Source: Carpediemonas membranifera BICM (taxonomy: Eukaryota > Protista > Fornicata). From it: 25,733 nucleotides of DNA. This document shows, piece by piece, positions 1 through 9,743 of the stretch. Numbering within the stretch: position 1 is the stretch's first letter; each line of letters begins with the position of its first letter. Location of the stretch: positions 1 to 25,733 of the forward strand of contig JAHDYR010000010.1 of assembly GCA_019828565.1 (NCBI GenBank), in the 5' to 3' direction. The notes beneath the pieces are model-generated. The model made no database searches. It was not told the DNA's origin and saw only the letters and a list, made by a program, of their open reading frames with translations. A program made the translations under genes and the position numbers.

Positions 1-114
1 GTGAAGTATCATAGAGTGCACAGTGCAAGCAGTAAAGTAGGACTCTCAATCGTATAGCAGACTTCACTCCGGTAAGGTGCAGTTTAAGGACAATTCTTCG
101 CGTGATCCGCAATC

Positions 115-3100
115 ATGGGCTTTGAGCAAGTTGATGTTGCAACAACGTTTGCAAAGTACGAAGAAGAAGTTCTAGAGATGTGGGAGCGGGAATGCGTCTT
201 CGACGAGAGCATGAAGCGTGCCCTTGAGGAGAAGCGTCCCCACTACTCATTCTACGACGGTCCTCCGTTCGCTACTGGTCTTCCCCACTACGGCCACATC
301 CTTGCGGGCACTATCAAGGACATTGTTACCCGCTACTGGCACATGAACGGGTACTACGTCCGTCGCCGCTTTGGCTGGGACACCCACGGGCTTCCCGTCG
401 AGTTCGAGATCGACAAGGAGATCGAGAAGGAGGGCAAGTCCACTGCTCCCAAGGACATCATCTCCGAGATCGGCATTGCCAACTACAACCAGCGTTGCCG
501 CAACATCGTCATGCGTTACTCCAAGGAGTGGGAATCCACTGTCAAGCGCTGCGGGCGTTGGATCGACTTCGAGAACGACTACAAGACCATGGACGTGACG
601 TTCATGGAGTCTGTGTGGTGGGTGTTCAAGCAGCTCTTCGAGGCCGGCCAGGTCTACCGCGGATCCCGCGTCATGCCCTTCTCCACGAAGTGCGCCACCC
701 CCCTGAGCAACATGGAGGCCAACATGGACTACCGTGACGTCGAGGACCCCGCCGTCTACATGACCTTCCCCATCAAGCCCAGCGAGAAGGCCGCTGGACT
801 CGGCATCGAGGGCGCCATCTTCGTCGGCTGGACAACGACCCCGTGGACCCTGCCCTCGAACCTGGCGCTGTGTGTGAACGGGAAGATGGAGTACTCCCTC
901 ATCCAGGACATCGCCGACCCGACCAAGCGCTTCGTCATCATGACCAGCCGTGTCTGTGAGCTCTACCCCGCCCCTAAGAAGAAGAAGGGCAAGGCCAAGG
1001 CCCCCGAGGAGCCCAAGTACACCACCCTCGCCACGTTTGCCGGTGAGGCCCTCCGCGGTGTGACGTACGAGCCCCTCTTCCCCTTCTTCCAGGAGTGGGA
1101 GCAGACCGGCTGCTTCAGCGTCCTCGTCGACGACTACGTCACCGACGACAGCGGCACGGGTGTTGTCCACCAGGCCCCCTTCTTCGGCGAGGACGACTAC
1201 CGCGTCTGCCTCGCCCACGGCCTCATCAAGGCCGACGGCGACATGGTCTGTCCCGTGGACGACACCGGCTGCTTCGACGACACCGTGGCTGAGGTGCTCT
1301 CCTTCGGCGACCTCAAGCTCTCTCTCGCTGGCCGGTACGTCAAGGCTTGCGACCCTGAGATCATCGCGTTCCTCAAGGCGCAGGGCCGTGTGCTATCCTC
1401 CTCGATGTACCGGCACTCTTACCCCCACTGCTGGCGGTCTCACACGCCCCTGATCCAGAAGGCCCTGCCCTGCTGGTTCATCCGCATCGACGACCAGCTC
1501 AAGGAGACCATGCTCGACCTCAACTCCGTCCACGATGACGGGTCCCGCCACATGAGGTGGGTGCCCGAGTTCGTCCAGACCCGCCGCTTCCACCAGTGGC
1601 TCGCCAACGCCAGGGACTGGAACGTCTCCAGGAACCGCTTCTGGGGCACCCCTATGCCCATCTGGATGTCCGAGGACGGCACCCAAGTCCACGTCATCGG
1701 GTCCCGGGCCGAGCTCAAGGAGCACATGGCACAGCTCAGCGACGACTCCGCGGTCGATGACATCCACCGCGACTCCGTGGATGGCCTGACCATGCCCGAC
1801 CCCCGCGGGCCAGACTTCCCTCCTATGCGCCGTGTCACGGAGGTGTTCGATTGGTATGTTTATTTATTATTATTTACACAGCTGGTTTGAGTCTGGCTCG
1901 ATGCCGTATGCCCAGCTCCACTATCCCTTCGAGAACAAGGAGCTCTTCGAGCAGTCTTTCCCCGCCGACTTCATCGCCGAGGGGCTCGACCAGACCCGCG
2001 GCTGGTTCTACACGCTGCTCGTAATCTCAGCTGCCCTCCGCAAGCAGGCGCCCTTCAAGAACCTCATCATCAACGGCCTCGTGCTCGCCGAGGATGGCAA
2101 GAAGATGTCGAAGTCACTCCGCAACTTCCCCGACCCTCTCGAGGTAATCCACAAGCACGGCGCCGACTCCCTCCGCCTGTACCTCATCAACTCACCCGTT
2201 GTCAGAGCCGAGTCCCTCAAGTTCAACGAGAAGGGCGTCATGCAGGTCGCTTCGGATGTCTTCCGGCCCCTGTACAACGCTTATAGGTTCTTCGTCCAGA
2301 ACGCCGACCAGGTGGACTTCGTTCCCGAGCTGACCGACGAGGGTCTCCCAGTTTCCCCCTCGGCTAACACCCTCGACAGATGGATCCTGGCCAACTGCAA
2401 GCGGCTGCTGGCCTTCATGCGGGAGGAGATGGACGGCTACAGACTCTACACGGTCGTCCCAGAGCTGGTCCGCTTCATTGACCAGCTGACCAACTGGTAC
2501 GTCCGCATGAACAGGCGCCGTATGAAGGGCGCCGTTTCCTCCCAGGACCAGGTGGACAGCCTGACGACACTGCACGCCGTACTGGTGCAGCTGTGCATCG
2601 CCATGGCGCCGTTTACCCCGTTCATGCCCGACAAGATGTACCTCAACCTCGTCTCCGTGCTGCCTGACGCCCACCCCATCAAGGAGACCTCGGTCCACCT
2701 GCTCCGCTTCCCCACCCTATCCGCCTCTGAGGAGGAGCTGTCGCTCGTCGACACCGTCGCCGACATGCAGAACGTGGTCGACCTCGGTCGTGCCCTCCGT
2801 GACAACGTCGGCGTCGGCATCAAGACCCCCCTCCGCAAGATGGTCATCACATCCCACAGCGCTACCCGCATGCGGCATGTTGCCGAGCTCGCTGAGTACG
2901 TCAAGGATGAGCTCAACGTGCTCAACGTCGAGACTCCAGAGGTCAAGCCAGAGTACGTCACCCTCACGGCGAACCCCAACTTCGGGATGCTCAAGGACCG
3001 CAAGCTCGGCGCTGGCCTCAAGAAGGTCCGCGACGGGTGTGCTAAGCTCTCTCACGACGACATTGTCAAGTTCCTCGAGGCTGGTGAGATCGACTTCGAC

Positions 3101-3478
3101 GGGGTCACGGTCGCCACTGCTGAGGTCAACATCGTCTACGCCGTCGACAAGCCCAAGGCAGAGTCGGAGGGCATGTTCGCAAACCACGACCCGAACTTCC
3201 TCGTCGCCCTCAACACTGTCGTCGATGACGAGCTCCAGCGCATGGCCGTCTCCCGTAAGCTCGTGTCGACTGTCCAGGGACTTCGTAAGAAGGCCGCTCT
3301 CGTCCCTACCGACGCCGTTGATGTTGTCATCAGCGGGCCGGATTGTGACCTCGAGGAGGTGACCCAGCTTCTGCGGCAGACAGTTCTCACTGAGGAGCCC
3401 GCCGAGAAGGAGCGGCTCGGCGAGGATGAACTTGTGCAGGGCGAGGCGACGTACAAGGTCGCTATCTTCCGGAGCTAA
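115..3478 (+). CDS. IARS1: Isoleucyl-tRNA synthetase, cytosolic (eukaryote) type; exons 115-1853 and 1882-3478, 1111 aa
   Basis: Has the HIGH-type motif DGPPFATGLPHYGH, GWDTHGLP, WTTTPWTLPSN, GTGVVHQAP, SRNRFWGTP and KMSKS. Removing the 28-nt intron restores the canonical VFDCWFESGSMPY. Confidence 0.98.
1854..1881 (+). other. Spliceosomal intron (28 nt) in IleRS
   Basis: GTATGT...TTTACACAG, an AT-rich island in GC-rich CDS. Removal joins the two ORFs in frame (TG|C = Cys of DCWFES). Confidence 0.96.
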
Positions 3479-3500
3479 GGTTAAATATTCGTATGTGGTG

Positions 3501-3550
3501 TTGACTGGGTCATACGATGGGAGCTGGCACACCCATATGGTCATTGACCA
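3501..3550. promoter_or_regulatory. Cluster of four W-box cores upstream of the deacetylase gene
   Basis: TTGACT 3501-3506, GGTCA 3508-3512, and the palindrome TGGTCA-T-TGACCA 3538-3550. Confidence 0.35.
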
Positions 3551-3591
3551 ACTGCGACCCCTGAAGCAAGTAAGAACAACGGAAGCAGGAG

Positions 3592-4806
3592 ATGACGACC
3601 GAACAGCTTCAGGAGGTCGTTAAGCCTTCAGTATTCGCCCGTACACACTCGGTTGTTGCGTTGGACATTGCCAACAAAGTGGTAGAGCGCTCAAAAGAGC
3701 TTGGCCGTCCCATTCTGGACCTGGACGTGTCCGATTTCGACATAGACTTCGCCAATGCGCCCAGTGCCATCGAACGTACCGTGATGGTGGATCACTTCCT
3801 CAAGGACACTTTCATGAACCTCCTCGAGCGCATCATCCACAACGACTGCCCCGTCACGAGGAAGCAGACCGTGCTCTTCTTCTCCCCGCACCCCGACGAC
3901 GACGTCATCTCCGCGGGCGGCATGATGGGCGCGATGCTCGACGGTGGGCACGACACCCACGCCTGCTATATGACCAACGGCAGCGTCGCCGTCTGGAACA
4001 AGACGGCACACCGCCATATCGACTTCCTCGACAGGTTTGTCGATGCCATGAGCGAGGCCGACCCTTCCCTCGCCTCGAAGCTCCGGTCGGTGGAGGACGC
4101 GACGTCTTTCCTGAAGAAGTCTGTGGAGCATTGCGAGGAGGGCAAGGACCTCCCCATCGCCCAGACGCTCAAGCGGATAATCAGAGAGTCCGAGGCCGTC
4201 TCTGCCGTCGCCGAGCTCGGCATGCCCAGTGCCAACGCGCACTTCCTCGACCTCCCCTTCTACCGCACGGGCGGCATCAAGAAGAAGGCCCCCAGCGACG
4301 AAGACGTCGAGCTGACGTACCAGCTCCTCTGCAAGGTCAGGCCGCGCCATGTGTTCGTCGCGGCGGACCTGCAGGACCCCCACGGCACCCACCGCGTCTG
4401 CTACGACATCATCCGGGCCGCCCTGGCGCGGTACTCCGCGGGTATGCCCGCCCCGTCCGCCCCCGCCGCCTCCTGCCTCGAGCCCAATACTGTGGCCCCC
4501 GCGTCCGAGGCCCGGCCCGTGGTGTGGCTGTACCGGGGGGCCTGGGCGGAGTGGTCCGTCACAGAGGCCAGCGCCATCCTACCCCTGTCCCGCCACCAGC
4601 TGCAGCGGAAAGTGGACGCCATCTACCGCCACGAGAGCCAGAAGGACCGGGCGATGTTCCCCGGGGCCGACCCGCGGGAGTTCTGGCAGCGGGCCGTGGA
4701 CAGGAACCGGGCGACGGCGCGGGAGCTCGCACAGCTGGGGCTGCCCTACTTCCACGCGTGCGAGAGCTACGTCATCGTGTGGCCGGAAGAGATGCCCCTT
4801 GAATAG
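3592..4806 (+). CDS. PIG-L/LmbE-family deacetylase resembling the C-terminal domain of long bacterial glucosamine-6-phosphate deaminase-like (NagB-II) proteins, without the deaminase domain
   Basis: Motifs FSPHPDDDVISAGG, YMTNGSVAV, IRESEA, FLDLPFY, DLQDPHGTHRVC, WLYRGAWAEW, HESQKD and REFWQRA. Confidence 0.85.
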   Translation: MTTEQLQEVVKPSVFARTHSVVALDIANKVVERSKELGRPILDLDVSDFDIDFANAPSAIERTVMVDHFLKDTFMNLLERIIHNDCPVTRKQTVLFFSPHPDDDVISAGGMMGAMLDGGHDTHACYMTNGSVAVWNKTAHRHIDFLDRFVDAMSEADPSLASKLRSVEDATSFLKKSVEHCEEGKDLPIAQTLKRIIRESEAVSAVAELGMPSANAHFLDLPFYRTGGIKKKAPSDEDVELTYQLLCKVRPRHVFVAADLQDPHGTHRVCYDIIRAALARYSAGMPAPSAPAASCLEPNTVAPASEARPVVWLYRGAWAEWSVTEASAILPLSRHQLQRKVDAIYRHESQKDRAMFPGADPREFWQRAVDRNRATARELAQLGLPYFHACESYVIVWPEEMPLE

Positions 4807-4929
4807 TTATTTAAAAGTCGATTAGAGTTGAGAACTTGGTGATGAGGGCATCAACTTCCACGTTCCCCTCTCTGCACCGCATGCAGTGAAGCATAGACCA
4901 CACGCGGCCTACCACCGTTTCGATTCTGG

Positions 4930-4983
4930 GTGAGTCGACCGACTGCGCCTTCGTATTATGGTGCGCGCCAACCTGGCCAACAG
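4930..4983 (+). other. Probable 5'-UTR intron (54 nt) ending immediately before the ATAD5-like ATG
   Basis: GTGAGT donor ... CCAACAG|ATG. No coding constraint is available to confirm it. Confidence 0.45.
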
Positions 4984-6857
4984 ATGACTACACCCCGCAA
5001 GGAGGTCCTTCAGTACTACCAGAATGCCAAACTACCTGCAAAAACGCTAAATTGCGAGCTTTGGGCCGATGCACTGCCGTATGTGTCCAGAAACCAACAC
5101 CCTTACTCAGTCCGACGCGAGCCCCAGGGCTATACCCTTCAGAGCCACTAGAAAGCATTCAACAGTATATATCTCGCTTCATTCCCCGCAAGGAACGGAA
5201 GCGGCCCGCCAGACGCCCGGCCCCCGCCCCCGCCCGCCTCCTCTCGTTGAACACGCTGTCCGCGAACCTCCTGGATGCAGAGACGGATGCCGACACCACC
5301 ATGGACCTCCCCGACTCCTCCCAGGTCCTCGAACACATGCGGGCGGCCGAGCCCGACCCAGAGGTGCTGGAGGCGCTACAGCTGTCGGATTTGTCCATGG
5401 AAGACTTCACAGAGGACGAAACCGGGTCGGAGTTCGAGTGCGGGACTGACCTGGATGCCAGTTTCGACGCTGGTCCGCGGGAGCGGGGCCTGCTCCTTTG
5501 TGGGGATGAGGCGGGGGCCCGATCAGAGGTGCGGGCCCTGAGCAGCGAGCTGGGGTTCAACGTCATCGCCGCAGACGCGTCCAACGAGCGGGATAGGGCC
5601 AGTCTGACCAAGCTGCTCGGCGAGGCTGTCCAATCGCTGTTCGGCGCGGGCAAGAAGGGGGCCATGAACATGTTCGTCAGCCCGACATCGAGCCGGGCAG
5701 CCAGCCCGGCAGTTAACCCGCCGAAGAGAAAGCCAGCTGCTAAGGCCAAGGTCAAGGGGGCTGTGAAGCGAAAGGCGCCGATCAAGGGCCAGACGTCGAT
5801 GGCCATGTTTATGAAGGGGGCCGCCAAGCAGACCAAGCCGGCCCCGGCACCAAGCAGGTCGACTAAGCCGGCCGCCCTGCCCCGACCCCCGCCACCGCCT
5901 GTCCCGGTGCAGCCCAAGCGGAACATCGTCGTCATCCGGGACGTCGGACTCACCCTTCCCAACGACAGAAGCCTGCTCCAGACCGTCCAGGGACTCCTGT
6001 CGGACAGCAGGGTCCCCATCATCGTGGAGTCAGGCCGACCTGTCCCTCTGATCGCCCAGTCGAAGGTCACACTGCCCAGACCCACGATGGAGGCCCTGAA
6101 GGAGCACGGGGCGGCCCTGTGGATGACACTGGGGCTCAGCGGGGCCATGGGGGCCGATGCAGCGGCCATGGCTCAGGCCTACTCGAGGCTCCTGAGTCAG
6201 ACGCAGTTTATGCTCCTGCCAACAGGGGCTGTTGATGCGGACGAGACGATTGACCTTGACTCCACCCAGTTGATAGCCCCAGACAGTGCCGGCACGGCGA
6301 CCTTGGCGACCTTCATGGGGCTTCCAGCCTCGTGCTCCAGAGCGTTCCGGGCCGACTTCGCCGCATACCACTGGGACGTCGACCCCCTGCATCTCCACCC
6401 GAGCACCGTGGGTGAGCCACAACTGCACTCGGTGCAGGGCGACGAGGGCGACTGCGACAGTGCGGTGGACGGGATGATCGCCCAAACGGAGCTGTACTCG
6501 TGGACAGCGCTCCATGCACCGGCATACGATAGAGAGGCATGGTGGGCGCCTACTGTAGGTCGGTCGGCAGCGATGCGCTACTTCTACCTCGCTCAGCCTT
6601 CATCAGATGATGTGCTTGAAACGAGCGAGGACCTGGTCGTAAGAGAGGACCTCGACCTCCACCGCCGTCTGAGTGCGACCAAGAGGACCACCAGGCGGGT
6701 GTTGGGGGTGCGGGGCAGGGTCAGGGACAGGGACATCGAGACAGCCGCCGTCTGCTCGGGGATGACGACCAAGGAGGGTAGGGGCGGGCGGGGGACTGAG
6801 ATGCACCTGCCCATCGATGCGAGGCTGGCCCAGGAGCTGAGGGAGCTTTGGGCGTGA
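4984..6857 (+). CDS. ATAD5/Elg1-like alternative RFC large subunit (divergent AAA+); exons 4984-5078 and 5111-6857, 613 aa
   Basis: Spliced N-terminus ELWADALPP resembles the RFC box II LWxEKYxP. ELGFNVIAADASNERDRASLTKLLGEAVQS and VVIRDV...DRSLLQTVQGLLSDSRVPIIV parallel the ATAD5/Elg1 AAA region. Acidic and Lys/Pro-rich inserts sit at positions typical of Elg1. Confidence 0.72.
5079..5110 (+). other. Spliceosomal intron (32 nt) in ATAD5-like gene
   Basis: GTATGT...CTTACTCAG. Removal joins the ATG 4984 frame to the long ORF. Confidence 0.88.
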
Positions 6858-7039
6858 GAGAAGGGGGGAAGTGGTCACTGCGAGTAAAGTTTAAGGGAAT
6901 TTAATGTTGCCCTTGTGTGGTTGGAGGCAATCCCAGGTTGTGACTCGCCTGCGACATGTATGGCTCAGATTCCATGTCACAGTGACGGGAGTCGCAGAGT
7001 TGAGCACTACCAAAAACGCGAGAGCCAACATAACCAAGG

Positions 7040-8010
7040 ATGGTTAGTTCGGCTGACCGATACCTCAAACAAGAGAAATTGGGTTCAGGAGCATACGGGG
7101 ACGTGTACAAGGCCAAGGACCTGCTCACAGGAGAACTTGTTGCCCTCAAGATGACGAATATCCTCATCCGTCCGAATCAGTGCCTGGAACCACGTTGAGA
7201 GAGATCAGTGTGCTCTAAGACGCTTGAGCACGACAACGTCATACGCCTCCTCGACGTTGTGTGTGATGGCCCAGATCCTGCCGAGCGAGCCGAGATCATG
7301 AAGCGCGCCAAGATCGGCGACGGAGTCAAAGAGGAGGATGTCATTATCCATCCCAAGGTGTGGCTCATCTTCGAGCTTTGCGAGACAGACATGCGCCAAC
7401 TTCTCGACCAGCGCACCGACGGCATTGAGCTGCCCCTCATCAAGACCTACCTCCACCAGCTCCTCACCGCAGTAGACGCATGCCACTCCATGCGGATCCT
7501 CCACCGTGACCTGAAGCCTGCCAACCTCATGCTCAACGGGTCGACCCTCAAGGTGGGCGACTTCGGTCTGGTCCGCGCATTCTCCGTCCCCATGCGCGTC
7601 TACACCCACGAGGTCGTCACCCTCTGGTACCGCGCCCCCGAGATCCTGCTCGGGTCCAAACACTACACCACGTCCGTCGACACCTGGTCCGTCGGTGCGA
7701 TCATGGCCGAGATAGCGACAGGCGAGGTGCTGTTCGAGGGAACAGTCAAATCGGCCAGCTGTTCCGGATCTTCGAGATATTGGGCACCCCGACCGACCAG
7801 ATCTGGGCTGGTGTGACGCGACTTCCAGATTATGCCAGTAGCTTCCCTTCTTTCGACCCGACCGGACTTGATTTCCTCCGTCCAAGATTAGGGGCTGATG
7901 GGCTTGACCTCTTGGGAAAGTTGCTGGAATACGACCCAGCCCACCGTATCAGTGCTGCTAAAGCTCTGGAGCACCCTTTCTTCGCCGACTTGAACTCGGT
8001 GGAGCCGTGA
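7040..8010 (+). CDS. Cyclin-dependent kinase, CDK1/2-like, about 323 aa; frameshifted three times as assembled (assembly error or young pseudogene)
   Basis: Motifs RYLKQEKLGSGAYGDVYKA, VALK, PGTTLREISVL (PSTAIRE-like, shifted frame), HRDLKPAN, DFGL, YTHEVVTLWYRAPE, SQIGQLFRIFEILGTP and RISAAKALEHPFF. Indels at about 7157-7170 (-1), 7216 (+1) and about 7739-7742 (-1). Confidence 0.9.
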
Positions 8011-8465
8011 CACTTTCATAAACACAGCTGACTGGAGACGCCAATGGTAGTGTGAGGAGAGAAGCTGCATAGCTCTGCTGAAGTTTATGACGGGTTCTTT
8101 GTCGAGTCAATCATGCCTGACTCGAGGTGCATTGGCTGCATTTAACGCTTCGTCATCATTATAATTTTTACACCCAATCATTTACATTCATGACCCACCA
8201 GCCCGCGGCAACCCCAAGCGTGTCTCAGGTTCGCATCAGACGTCGACAGAGACGAGTTAAACATGAGACAGGGCAATTGTCTTCTGCGCTAATCTGCACC
8301 ATGATTCCGCGCCAATACAGCTTCCACTACCAAAGGCGTCAATTGTCGTCGCCAGCCATCTGGAATACGTGGTAAGGGACGTGCTCATCGGGTCTGCACG
8401 AATCGTGGCCTCATTCATCATTTTTTGCATGAAAAAAACCAGCTAGCAGCGATACAGACATAACT

Positions 8466-9224
8466 ATGCAGTCTGGTGCTCCCGCTTCCAACGAACGCCG
8501 TCCCCGTACTGGTTTCGGTGGCCGCCGCCCCCAGCGTGGTGGTCCCCGCAAGGAGGAGTGGATCCCCGCCACTAAGCTTGGCCGCCTTGTGAAGGAGGGC
8601 AAGATCAAGAGCCTGGAGGAGATCTTCCTTCACTCCATGCCTATCAAGGAGTACCAGATCGTCGATCACTTCTTCAAGGACGAGCCCCTCTCCGAGGAGG
8701 TCCTCAAGGTCATGTCTGTCCAGAAGCAGACCACTGCCGGCCAGCGCACCCGCTTCAAGGCCTTCGTCGTCGTTGGTGACCACAACCGTCACATGGGCCT
8801 CGGCATCAAGGTCGCTAAGGAGGTTGCCCTCGCTATCCGTGGCGCTATCCTCGTTGGCAAGATCAACATGGTTCCCATCCGTCTCGGTTACTCTTTCGGT
8901 AACATCGGTGGCCCCCACACTGTCCCCATGAAGGTCACTGGCAAGGCCGGCTCCGTCCGCGTGCGCCTGTGCCCCGCTCCCCGCGGTTCCGGCATCGTTG
9001 CTGCTCCCGCCGCCAAGAAGGTTCTCGCCTTCGCCGGTGTCCAGGACGTCTTCGTCCAGTCTTCTGGTTCCACCAGAACTCTCGGCAACTTCGTCTCGGC
9101 TACCTTCCAGGCTCTGTCCAAGACTTACTGCTACCTGACCCCCGATATGTGGGCCGCCACCAAGGCTGAGGTCGGTCTCCTCGAGAAGCACTCCGCCTTC
9201 CTCGCCAACTCTGGTAAGAAGTAA
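8466..9224 (+). CDS. RPS2: 40S ribosomal protein S2 (uS5)
   Basis: Motifs [53 protein letters not shown] and YLTPDMW. Strongly biased codon usage. Confidence 0.98.
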   Translation: MQSGAPASNERRPRTGFGGRRPQRGGPRKEEWIPATKLGRLVKEGKIKSLEEIFLHSMPIKEYQIVDHFFKDEPLSEEVLKVMSVQKQTTAGQRTRFKAFVVVGDHNRHMGLGIKVAKEVALAIRGAILVGKINMVPIRLGYSFGNIGGPHTVPMKVTGKAGSVRVRLCPAPRGSGIVAAPAAKKVLAFAGVQDVFVQSSGSTRTLGNFVSATFQALSKTYCYLTPDMWAATKAEVGLLEKHSAFLANSGKK

Positions 9225-9349
9225 ACGGTTTTCCGTGTTTGGTGCTTGTATGATTGTCCAAAGCGCAGTCTCGCACTCTCTCACAGATCGCATGCGCAAA
9301 ACTGCATCCCCCAAAAGCATTCTGTCTCCCACTCCAACGCCGCCAGAAG

Positions 9350-9558
9350 GTAAGTGGCCATTCGCGATGTTTTATCGGACGTATTGGGCGACGTCATCAT
9401 GACCATGTCCATGTGCATCGAGTTGAGTGGCAGGAATGCCGATCAAGGCAGTTGGAGAAGAGCTACATAACGTGCCTTATGATGTAACCGGCATTCCACC
9501 ACCTGACAGACATCCTGACATCCTAAGCTGCTCCCGATTCATTCATTCTCAATCATAG
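9350..9558 (+). other. Probable 5'-UTR intron 1 of WRKY gene (209 nt, contains long stem-loop)
   Basis: AAG|GTAAGT donor and pyrimidine-rich TTCATTCATTCTCAATCATAG acceptor. Confidence 0.6.
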
Positions 9559-9599
9559 ATTTCGGTCTTCTTTGGTCAAGACTGCCAACTTAGCGCCAG

Positions 9600-9698
9600 G
9601 TATGTTGGTAGACCCCAGAAGGCTCCCCCACCGGCGACCCGACTCGGGTTGGTCCACTGTAATTTGTCGATACATCCAAGATCTTCATCTGCTTTTAG
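9600..9698 (+). other. Probable 5'-UTR intron 2 of WRKY gene (99 nt)
   Basis: CAG|GTATGT donor and TCTTCATCTGCTTTTAG acceptor. Confidence 0.62.
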
Positions 9699-9743
9699 AC
9701 GGATCACGAGTGCTTGACTTACAATCACCAACAGCCTCTGGCG

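Noticed and set aside
7170-7180. 11-nt GTCCGAATCAG micro-intron to fix the first CDK frameshift
   Set aside because: It is far below the 28-32 nt introns seen here, has a non-consensus donor, would delete the loop before the PSTAIRE helix, and does not fix the other two shifts.
8127-8375. 82-aa ORF upstream of RPS2
   Set aside because: It has a non-ATG start, no host codon bias and no homology.
9591-9593. TAG/TAA reassigned to Gln (hexamitid-type code)
   Set aside because: TAA and TAG terminate conserved genes at expected positions (IleRS, RPS2, deacetylase, BEACH), and no internal TAR occurs in the long ORFs.
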